Positions 57,179-64,000 of a stretch of 64,000 nt of DNA are shown here, in pieces. A program made the translations under genes and the position numbers. Where the stretch lies: NCBI GenBank assembly GCA_028288965.1, contig JAQGHD010000019.1, forward strand, positions 25,202 to 89,201, written 5' to 3'. The notes beneath the pieces were generated by a model that did not search any database, was not told the origin of the DNA, and was given only the letters and a program-made list of their open reading frames with translations. Position 1 is the first letter of the stretch; each line of letters starts with the position of its first letter. The stretch is from Candidatus Saccharimonadota bacterium (GTDB lineage Bacteria > Patescibacteriota > Saccharimonadia > Saccharimonadales > JAQGHD01).

Positions 57179-57207
57179 ATTGACATTACGTACAAGTTGT
57201 GATAAAG
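57179..57207 (+). promoter_or_regulatory. Sigma70-type promoter (TTGACA-17-TAAAGT, extended-10 TG) for the LPXTG gene
   Basis: ATATTGACATtacgtacaagttgTGaTAAAGT; twin of the 54044 promoter. Confidence 0.5.
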
Positions 57208-57330
57208 TAAGCTTAAACTGTGTGGTGGGTCGTTTATGGTAAGCAAACGACGCCCGGGCGGTTCATGGTCTTTAACAACTCGGTAAGCAATAAAAGTGTG
57301 GTGGGATACATTAATTATTTAGGAGGTGTT

Positions 57331-58599
57331 ATGAATATATTCAAACACTTGCCAAAACAAGCTGTTGCCGTGCTATCTGCCATTGTCATAATGGTTGGAT
57401 TAAGCTCACCAGCAATGGCTGCTTTTGGCCCAGACCGTCCTACCAAGGCATGGAGTCCTACGGTAAGCGGTTTTGACCACGTAACTTTCAACTCATTTAC
57501 TGGCGTCGGCAACGGCGTTGGAGACGAGCGTGATTTTATGCGTGGCATACAAGTTGGTCGCGACAGTACTTGGACTGATCCAGTCAAAAACGTGTCGCAG
57601 GACGCAGAAGTAGAAGCAAAAATCTACATACATAACAACGCCGACGCTACTTTAAATGATGCCCCTGGCAACCCTGGTGTTGCCAAGAACGTAACCGTTC
57701 GTGTGGCATTACCTAGTGGTGCTAAGCAAACTCAAGAAGCTACTGCTTTCATTAAGGCAGATAACGCTCAGCCTGGTACGGTAACAGATACCTTAACTAT
57801 GACTGGCGCTAACAATGGTTTCTTTCAGTTAGCTTACGAAAACGGTACAGCTCAAGTTCACGACCAAAGTGGCCATGTCACTGCCTTAACAGCTGCTCAA
57901 GAGCAAGCCTTGACAGGTACCGGTTGGAACATGGGTGACCAAAAAGGTTGTTTCGCATTCGTAAAGGAAATTACCTTTAAAATGCGAGTTCAAATGCCAG
58001 AGCACTCAATCTCTAAGCAAGTTGCCCTTCCTGGTCAAACTGCTAAAGATTGGACCGAGAAAGTAAATGTTAAGCAAGGCGACACCGTCTCTTGGTTAGT
58101 TACTTTCCGAAACGCTGGTAAGACTGAGCTTGATCACATCAAGATCGTTGACGATATTCCGGTTGGTTTAACAGTTGTTCCTGGTACGGTAAAACTTACC
58201 AACGGCAACTACCCAAACGGCTATGTCTACGCCGATAAAGACGTTGTTCAAGCCAATGGTCGCCAACTCAATATAGATATTGGTAACTATCTGCCAGGTG
58301 GCGCAGCTTACATTTCTTATCGAACAACTATCGATAAGACGGCTGAGCCGGTATGTAAGCCTATGGCTTTGGTTAACAAAGCCTTTGCTACACCTGCAGG
58401 TTACGGTGCTGTTTGGGATGTCGCTGAAGCTGATGTTGCCGCACAAAGTTGCGCAACCACTCCTCCAGCCACTCCTGTCACTACCACGAGCTTGCCAAAC
58501 ACTGGTGCTGGAAACGTAGTTGCAATTTTTGCCGCTACAACCGCCGCTGGTGCTGTTGCTTACCGATGGTTTGTCGGTCGACGTCTGTCTCGTCGATAA
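57331..58599 (+). CDS. LPXTG-anchored DUF11-domain surface protein
   Basis: AGGAGG SD; signal peptide MNIFKHLPKQAVAVLSAIVIMVGLSSPAMA; DUF11-like KQGDTVSWLVTFRNAGKTELDHIKIVDDIPVGLTVVPGTV; C-terminal LPNTG + hydrophobic + RRLSRR sortase signal. Confidence 0.7.
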   Translation: MNIFKHLPKQAVAVLSAIVIMVGLSSPAMAAFGPDRPTKAWSPTVSGFDHVTFNSFTGVGNGVGDERDFMRGIQVGRDSTWTDPVKNVSQDAEVEAKIYIHNNADATLNDAPGNPGVAKNVTVRVALPSGAKQTQEATAFIKADNAQPGTVTDTLTMTGANNGFFQLAYENGTAQVHDQSGHVTALTAAQEQALTGTGWNMGDQKGCFAFVKEITFKMRVQMPEHSISKQVALPGQTAKDWTEKVNVKQGDTVSWLVTFRNAGKTELDHIKIVDDIPVGLTVVPGTVKLTNGNYPNGYVYADKDVVQANGRQLNIDIGNYLPGGAAYISYRTTIDKTAEPVCKPMALVNKAFATPAGYGAVWDVAEADVAAQSCATTPPATPVTTTSLPNTGAGNVVAIFAATTAAGAVAYRWFVGRRLSRR

Positions 58600-58608
58600 A
58601 CATGTCAA

Positions 58609-58645
58609 CAGTGGTTGACCTGTGAAAACCACTAGCATTTTTGCA
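58609..58645 (+). terminator. Intrinsic terminator (AGTGGTT..AACCACT stem + CATTTTTGC)
   Basis: Hairpin plus T-run 10 nt after the LPXTG gene stop. Confidence 0.45.
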
Positions 58646-58699
58646 AAAAATATGCTAAGGTTTTAAATAACGAGCAAGACTGACCGCTCTAACTTCTGA

Positions 58700-58735
58700 G
58701 ATCCCCTTCTAGTAATAGGAGGGGATTTCTTTTTG
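58700..58735 (+). terminator. Intrinsic terminator (GATCCCCT..AGGGGAT stem + TTCTTTTTGG)
   Basis: Strong stem-loop plus T-run. Confidence 0.6.
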
Positions 58736-58779
58736 GCCTCTGTTATGGTATGATCTTGCGGACTAGCGCCGAGTAACCC

Positions 58780-58854
58780 GGCCCCTTCGTCTAACGGTTA
58801 GGACACCAGGTTTTCATCCTGGCAACAGGGGTTCGATTCCCCTAGGGGTCACCA
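58780..58854 (+). tRNA. tRNA-Glu (anticodon UUC), 75 nt including CCA
   Basis: Manual fold: acceptor GGCCCCT/AGGGGTC (one G-U), D-arm GTC-TAACGGTTAG-GAC, anticodon stem CCAGG/CCTGG with loop TTTTCAT (anticodon TTC), T-arm GGGG-TTCGATT-CCCC, discriminator A, encoded CCA. Confidence 0.85.
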
Positions 58855-60406
58855 CAAGAGACTCATCATTTGATGGGTCTTTTTTGTTGGCTTCGTACTG
58901 ACGTTCTATATCTGATGTTTCCTGTAAAATAGGGCTGAGAATTGCGGTTCCAAAAGACTTATCTGGATTTACGACAATTCCAGCCTCACAAATGGCGTTT
59001 TGGAACCGCTGCTGGTCATTTAGTTCCGCAGTACGCCACGCAACAGGGAGGTTTACTAGAAATGACACTGCCTGATCTACTATTTGCTCATTGCGAGCCT
59101 CTGTGTCTTTTAACTCGTTTCTAGCGACCTCTAACTCTACTCGCTGGATTGCGAGCCGGCTCTCCTGCTCCTGATAGGTCTCAGCCGGTATTATGTCCTT
59201 GAGGAACTTATCCATTAGGCTATTCTTCATGTCCTCGGCATTTTTGAGCTGTTGGTCGATCTTGCGTCTTTCTAGTTGGGCATCTACAAAGTCGTTGTTC
59301 CAACGCCGCAGCACCACTTGCTTGAATATTTCAGGCACCCAAGACGCTGGTTCTGCTTTGGCGAGTAATGCCTCGAATTGTTCATGAGCTTTTAACTTGG
59401 GTATTCGGACAGTGTTGCCGGTAGCCTTGCGAGTACAGGTGGTGCAGTGATACGCAGCAAAATGTCCTGTCCTGCCTTTTGAGGCACTTGCAGTCAGTGG
59501 CTTATTGCAAATGCCACAGATTAAAAAACCACGAAGCGGATAGGCTGGTTTATTTCGTGGCAGGCTAGATTTTGGTCGTCCTTTACCGTCTAATATGCTT
59601 TGATTGAGCAAATAGTGGTCGAGCGTAATGACCGGCGTATGAATCCCTTTAATGCGTACACCATCTGAAAGATCATTCTGAATGTAGCCAGCATATACAG
59701 GGTTCCGAAGAAGTTTGATTGTTCCATTTCTCGAAATGGGATCGTTGCCTTTACCACAAATACCATGCTTATGAGCAAGCTCTACGGCTTGAGTCTGAGT
59801 GTAATTTCCAGTGGCAAACTCAGAAAAAAAGCCGAACAATTTCTCGGCACTTTCAGTAGTGATCGCTAGCGTTGGTCTCTTTGCTACATCCTTGATGTTA
59901 ATATAGCCAGCCGGTGCTTTACTGACCCAACAGCCCTCTTTCACTCTTGCTACCATACCTCCACGAGACCTTTCGGATCGCACGTCATTATCGAACTGTG
60001 CAAAGCTGGCAAGTACGTTTTCTAGCAACATGCCAGTGGTGGTCGAATCAATCGGTTCGGATGCTGACCAAAGAATGATGTCCAACTTCTTGAGTAACGC
60101 CCTGAGAGCTGAATGGTCAGCTACCTTTCTGGAAAATCTATCGACCTTGTAAACGACTAGATGTCCGATTGTTTTGCGGTTGGCGAGACAAAACTTTAAC
60201 AACTCTTGCAGCTCAGTACGATCTGCGGTTTTGGCACTTTCGCCTTCCTCGGTGAACTCCTTAATTACCGTCAATTCTTTTAGCTTACAGAAGTCTTTGC
60301 AGATACGCAGTTGTTCACCGAGACTCATATTATCAACCTGTCGGTCACTTGATACTCGTGTGTATATCACGGCACCAGTTTTGACGTTAGGTAGTTTCTT
60401 CTTCAT
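58814..60406 (-). CDS. Large serine recombinase (resolvase catalytic domain + recombinase domain + zinc ribbon + coiled coil)
   Basis: N-terminal AVIYTRVSSDRQ (catalytic Ser), recombinase-domain blocks, CGICNKPL...CTTCTRK zinc ribbon, C-terminal coiled coil. The 3' end overlaps the tRNA-Glu 3' half on the opposite strand. Confidence 0.8.
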   Translation of the reverse strand: MKKKLPNVKTGAVIYTRVSSDRQVDNMSLGEQLRICKDFCKLKELTVIKEFTEEGESAKTADRTELQELLKFCLANRKTIGHLVVYKVDRFSRKVADHSALRALLKKLDIILWSASEPIDSTTTGMLLENVLASFAQFDNDVRSERSRGGMVARVKEGCWVSKAPAGYINIKDVAKRPTLAITTESAEKLFGFFSEFATGNYTQTQAVELAHKHGICGKGNDPISRNGTIKLLRNPVYAGYIQNDLSDGVRIKGIHTPVITLDHYLLNQSILDGKGRPKSSLPRNKPAYPLRGFLICGICNKPLTASASKGRTGHFAAYHCTTCTRKATGNTVRIPKLKAHEQFEALLAKAEPASWVPEIFKQVVLRRWNNDFVDAQLERRKIDQQLKNAEDMKNSLMDKFLKDIIPAETYQEQESRLAIQRVELEVARNELKDTEARNEQIVDQAVSFLVNLPVAWRTAELNDQQRFQNAICEAGIVVNPDKSFGTAILSPILQETSDIERQYEANKKDPSNDESLVVTPRGIEPLLPG

Positions 60407-60481
60407 AGTTCACCTCTAATTCTGACCCGATGGGTCGGTTAATTCAATAACCTATCGTGGGATTTGGAACCGGCATTTATT

Positions 60482-60643
60482 CCTTAACTTGCAGATCCTT
60501 TTTAGCTTGTTTTATATAGATTTGAGCCATGATGTCGAGCTGGCGAATCACCTCTACGACTTGTTCATCGGAGATTTGTGCGGAGGCGAATCCAGTTAGG
60601 CTCCTGAACTCCTCGATTGTGATGATTGCCTGCTCGTTCATGA
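60482..60643 (-). CDS. Small ORF (54 aa), possible recombination directionality / helper protein
   Basis: MNEQAIITIEEFRSLTGFASAQISDEQVVEVIRQLDIMAQIYIKQAKKDLQVKE; sits between the recombinase and cargo genes; not in the ORF track (<60 aa). Confidence 0.25.
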
Positions 60644-60701
60644 CACTGGAAGTCTAAGGCAGACGAAGAATTAGCTGTGATTGTCGATAATTGTCGGGGG
60701 G

Positions 60702-61490
60702 CTAGGCGGTGATCCCTAGATGTGCGGCTATCTTTCCTCGATAATGTTCGTTAATCTTCGATACAAGTTCAATTATTTGCCTGCGGTTCAATACGCTAGG
60801 ATTCTGTAAGGCAATATGCTTCTTATTTAATACCGGCAGCATAGGTGCCAGCCATAAGTAATGATTCTTAGTCAGTAGTTGCTTGAAGTCGAGGTCGTCA
60901 TCAAGCGGTGCAAAATCGATAGCGTTAAGCGGCTGACCTGATGGCATCTTTTGCAGCTGTGTCAAAAGTTGCGGTACCATTCCCTCTATCGGTCGTGCCA
61001 CCTGAAAATCTTCGTTATTGATGCTTAGCATTAACTTATTGTCTCTTTGCCATAGCTTGCAAACGTATTCTGTCGGTGCCGGTGCGACATGTCCTGTTTC
61101 CATGATAAGTTTGTCGAACAGCCGTTGGAACGTATATGGCGTGATATCCAGCATCACTTCATCTGATAGCTCACGATAGTCGATATGGAATCCCATCGGT
61201 ATCTTCGCTGGGTTCAGTAGCGTACCGTCACGATAGATTGCTGAAACATCAATACATAATTCTCGGTATAGCTTGAAAATCAGCATCCATTGCATCTCTG
61301 ACGACTGCGGTGCCAGCCCAAGTGCTGTAAAAAGAGGTGCAGTCTGGTCGAGGTGTAGCCACACCTGGTTGGTCTTTACACCAATCTCCTCGCTTTCATG
61401 GAGTGAGTGCTGGGCAAGAAGCACTCGCATAAAATCGAGCAATAGGGTATCAATGTCAGCTGGGCTGACTTTGGATTCGCCTCCGGTCAT
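60702..61490 (-). CDS. Hypothetical protein (262 aa)
   Basis: ORF with no motif; element cargo. Confidence 0.4.
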   Translation of the reverse strand: MTGGESKVSPADIDTLLLDFMRVLLAQHSLHESEEIGVKTNQVWLHLDQTAPLFTALGLAPQSSEMQWMLIFKLYRELCIDVSAIYRDGTLLNPAKIPMGFHIDYRELSDEVMLDITPYTFQRLFDKLIMETGHVAPAPTEYVCKLWQRDNKLMLSINNEDFQVARPIEGMVPQLLTQLQKMPSGQPLNAIDFAPLDDDLDFKQLLTKNHYLWLAPMLPVLNKKHIALQNPSVLNRRQIIELVSKINEHYRGKIAAHLGITA

Positions 61491-61547
61491 AAGCTAATTA
61501 TACAATAATTTTACTTCTCGTAATTATGATTATGAGAAGTAACAAGC

Positions 61548-62378
61548 TTATTTGCTTGAGAAATCGAGTCCAAGATGACCATTTTTGCGTGAGATAAGCT
61601 CATCCTTTGAGATCTCGGTATGGCTTACTAACTTGTAATGCCGCTCGTCAACCACACTAAGGCGTAATATTTCATCCTCTTCAACGACAGCCAACTCAAT
61701 AGCGGCAACCTCGTTTGTACTGACAAACATGAACGCCAGCGGTCTGCATATTGCTTCTGGGTATTTCAGATTACAGAAGGTAAGATCTTGGATTACTTGA
61801 ACGATGCCGAAGCGGTCACCTGGTGACTTAGCTTGAATTGGTAAGACGTAATTCACACCGGTGCGGTCTATGCCGACATAAAATTCGTCAATCTCAATCT
61901 GTCCGATGCTTTCAACCGTAGTTCGTAAATGATTCTGTACCGAGTAGCAGGTTAAGCCGGTGAAAGTATCGATAAGGCGGTTGTATCTGACTCTTGCAAG
62001 CAGTGCTTGCTCATCACGACCAGCCGCATAGTGCTTGAGTATCTCTGGTGTAGAGTCAGGTATGCTCAGATTTATAAGATTAGGATTCGGAGACACTTTG
62101 CCAGGAGCAGCCAGTCGAAACTCGTAATTTGCTATACCACTGCCCACAATAATCCATTCCGCTCCTGCCGGTGCGGTCTTCTGGATCGATTCTGGCAGTT
62201 CTTTTCTGAACCGGAAACTGTATGTTATATCGCCGAGATTTCGGATTCGAGGGATTTCTAATTCATCACATGCAGCAACAAGGTCTTCTCTATGGAAGGC
62301 TAAACGCTTCAATCCCACTTGGTACTTCTTGTGGAATATCAATGCTATTATCTGGCTGTATTTGCTGCTTTTTTCCAT
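61548..62378 (-). CDS. Putative type II restriction endonuclease (partner of the adjacent m5C methyltransferase)
   Basis: Downstream of and co-oriented with the MTase; IGQIEIDEF...VLPIQAK is a possible PD-(D/E)xK-like arrangement. The 5' region overlaps the MTase 3' end by ~89 nt, so the true start may be internal. Confidence 0.35.
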   Translation of the reverse strand: MEKSSKYSQIIALIFHKKYQVGLKRLAFHREDLVAACDELEIPRIRNLGDITYSFRFRKELPESIQKTAPAGAEWIIVGSGIANYEFRLAAPGKVSPNPNLINLSIPDSTPEILKHYAAGRDEQALLARVRYNRLIDTFTGLTCYSVQNHLRTTVESIGQIEIDEFYVGIDRTGVNYVLPIQAKSPGDRFGIVQVIQDLTFCNLKYPEAICRPLAFMFVSTNEVAAIELAVVEEDEILRLSVVDERHYKLVSHTEISKDELISRKNGHLGLDFSSK

Positions 62379-63657
62379 CTAGGGCTATAAGTCTTTTCCG
62401 AATTGGGATGATTCCTCTGTCAACGCTGAAAAACGCTGCTGCGTCTGTCATATTGAATTGTAGAAGCTTTGCATCCTGTTTGTCCAGCTCATAGACCGGT
62501 AGATCACTTGGATTGATGCCCAATTTACGAATAACCTCGTCACCGAGTGCTTTCCCGAACATCGGAGCCACGGCATTGCCTATCTGGCGGAAACCATGCC
62601 AAACAGTTCGATGAAACTGAAACCAATCAGGGAATGAGTGCAGTCTAGCCGCTTCTCTAATGGAGATACAGCGAGGGAGTTTATAGTGGATTGGTCGGGG
62701 TGCAGTATGAGCGCCCTTATCGCTTGTCGTGCCAGCCCTCAGTGTGTTGCAGGGTCGGTCAGGGTGTAAGCGAAAGAATCGGCTGGTAGTTTCCGTAGTG
62801 CCTGGCTCGGTGTCGATAAAGCGGTCGATAGATATTTGACCATGCACGGAGCCAACATGCCCCCATAAAAGTCCATCAGTCTGTCGAATATGACAAAGAT
62901 TGAACAGTGAGCCTTCGTGCCGGTTATAGTTCTTACGGTACTCGTGATCATAAGTTAGGTTGTTCGGTAAGCCCTTATCATTCTTGATATTGACTGGGAT
63001 ATCTTCAAGATCTCCGATTGCACTCTTTGCCCCTACAAATGCAGTCGAATCGAATAAGCTTACGACTTTATCACTCTTCTCTATATGCGTAGGATCAGGA
63101 TACTTCAATTCAGGCATATCACCCCGACTTCCCAGAATAATAAGCCTTCGTCGCTTCTGCGGTACACCATAGCTGGCTGCACTTAACACCTTGATTTGTT
63201 TATGTATCTTGTAGCCGAGCTTCTCACACTCTTCAACCAGCTCCTCAACAAACTTAATCTGCTTGCCGGCAATCATGCCTGGCACGTTTTCAAGCAAGAA
63301 GTACTTCGGTCGTAAATCTTTCACGACACGCAGATACTCGAATACAAGCTTGTTGCGAGGATCATCGAGTTGACGCTTGCCAATGGTAGAGAACCCCTGG
63401 CAGGGCGGTCCACCTACAAGCATATCCAGCTCGTCATAACCCTTCTCTTGCAGGGCTTTTTTGAGTTCGATAGTCTCAAGCTTGTTCATGTCGGTACAGA
63501 AGGTTTTCGAGTAAGGAAAATTAAACTCATGAGCAGCTGCATGAACAGGATCAAACTCAACGGCGGCAACAACATCAAAGCCTGCTGCCTCAAAGCCTAG
63601 CGACAATCCGCCGACACCGGCAAACAAGTCAATAACAGATGGTCGTTTTCCCCTCAT
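62290..63657 (-). CDS. DNA (cytosine-5)-methyltransferase
   Basis: Motif I DLFAGVGGLSLG, motif IV GGPPCQGFS, motif VI ENV, C-terminal motifs (RLHSFPDWF, GNAV). Confidence 0.85.
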   Translation of the reverse strand: MRGKRPSVIDLFAGVGGLSLGFEAAGFDVVAAVEFDPVHAAAHEFNFPYSKTFCTDMNKLETIELKKALQEKGYDELDMLVGGPPCQGFSTIGKRQLDDPRNKLVFEYLRVVKDLRPKYFLLENVPGMIAGKQIKFVEELVEECEKLGYKIHKQIKVLSAASYGVPQKRRRLIILGSRGDMPELKYPDPTHIEKSDKVVSLFDSTAFVGAKSAIGDLEDIPVNIKNDKGLPNNLTYDHEYRKNYNRHEGSLFNLCHIRQTDGLLWGHVGSVHGQISIDRFIDTEPGTTETTSRFFRLHPDRPCNTLRAGTTSDKGAHTAPRPIHYKLPRCISIREAARLHSFPDWFQFHRTVWHGFRQIGNAVAPMFGKALGDEVIRKLGINPSDLPVYELDKQDAKLLQFNMTDAAAFFSVDRGIIPIRKRLIALDGKKQQIQPDNSIDIPQEVPSGIEAFSLP

Positions 63658-63672
63658 AGTACTTCTATTCTA

Positions 63673-63876
63673 TCAGTTTTCATGGCTACCAACGATAAGC
63701 GTATTCACATTTGATGGGCAAACCGGAAGTAAAGAGGGGAAGATTTTGCTAAACGTGCTGGAACGGAGCCATGTTTTCCAGAGGTGGCGAAATCTGGCAG
63801 TCAGCTTTATGCTGTTTTTTCCTGTTATTTCCTGTTCAATATAAAGGCTGATGCTGTTGTTTCCTTTACACGTCAT
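63673..63876 (-). CDS. Small hypothetical ORF (67 aa)
   Basis: ORF only; weak. Confidence 0.2.
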   Translation of the reverse strand: MTCKGNNSISLYIEQEITGKNSIKLTARFRHLWKTWLRSSTFSKIFPSLLPVCPSNVNTLIVGSHEN

Positions 63877-64000
63877 ACTAGAACTTTCTCAAATATATGA
63901 TCATGCTTAGGAAAGTTCTTAGCTTGCATGACGGTATCGTTGTAGGTTTGTAACTGTTCGAGGCTCCGGTGTCGTGTGAAGCTCATTATCATAAACAAAT

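Larger units (their letters stand above)
58814..64000. mobile_element. Probable integrated mobile element at the tRNA-Glu 3' end (left boundary at the tRNA; right boundary beyond the window)
   Basis: The recombinase gene abuts and overlaps the tRNA; the cargo includes an R-M system and unknown genes; all element genes are on the minus strand. Confidence 0.5.

Noticed and set aside
57236-57250. GCAAACGACG string reminiscent of the tmRNA tag region
   Set aside because: There is no tRNA-like domain and no in-frame tag ending in a stop/resume structure. The coincidence is limited to 10 nt.
57220-57330. Upstream start of ORF 57220..58599
   Set aside because: The Met at 57331 is preceded by AGGAGG and starts a canonical signal peptide. 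The upstream extension overlaps the promoter and leader repeats.
58814-58854. Treating the recombinase C-terminus as wrong because it overlaps the tRNA
   Set aside because: The ORF is open to 58814, and such overlaps occur at tRNA-integrated elements. Kept as annotated, but the last ~13 residues may be non-functional read-through.

Overview
This 64-kb window is a bacterial chromosomal segment with no rRNA and no CRISPR array. Composition is mosaic: long AT-richer stretches alternate with GC-richer ones. The gene content points to a monoderm (Gram-positive-type) host, possibly small-genome or CPR-like, but that is only an impression. Supporting genes include MprF-like aminoacyl-PG synthase, MurD/MurI, ClpC/ClpE-like ATPase, LPXTG-type sorting signals, KGG stress peptide, CFA synthase and FolD. 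I can support about 75 CDS, one tRNA-Glu(UUC), several intrinsic terminators and two near-identical sigma70-type promoters. The most interesting items follow. (1) At 1.8-6.3 kb, nine unrelated small same-strand ORFs are each (except one) preceded by a conserved ~45-nt intergenic repeat with core GTTGCGTTTnAGCATCAC-GTGGCCCTCCAAT-TTATGCTTG. This is an integron/CALIN-like cassette array or a shared cis-regulatory leader element. (2) At 15.4-26.8 kb, a large cell-surface protein cluster resembles WxL/Csc loci, next to a 1524-aa Gly-rich giant surface protein under a divergent Crp/Fnr regulator. (3) Between folD and murI (39.5-43.6 kb) lies a variable hotspot. It holds a GC-rich membrane-protein pair, a Panacea-domain (antitoxin-like) gene with a co-transcribed toxin-candidate, an IS1595 transposase remnant, ~75-bp direct repeats, and two GC-rich unknown genes. 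Each of those two genes is preceded by a duplicated ~150-nt leader module whose 11-bp hairpin shows a compensatory base change. (4) A frameshifted NUDIX gene. (5) Three tandem receiver-only response regulators beside a multi-TM histidine kinase and a stand-alone DUF2156 protein. (6) A strongly GC-rich two-gene insertion (54.6-56.8 kb) bracketed by twin strong promoters and a 17-bp perfect inverted repeat. (7) A tRNA-Glu with an overlapping large serine recombinase that opens an integrated element carrying an m5C restriction-modification system and running off the window end. All functional calls rest on motif recognition by eye; no database searches were possible.
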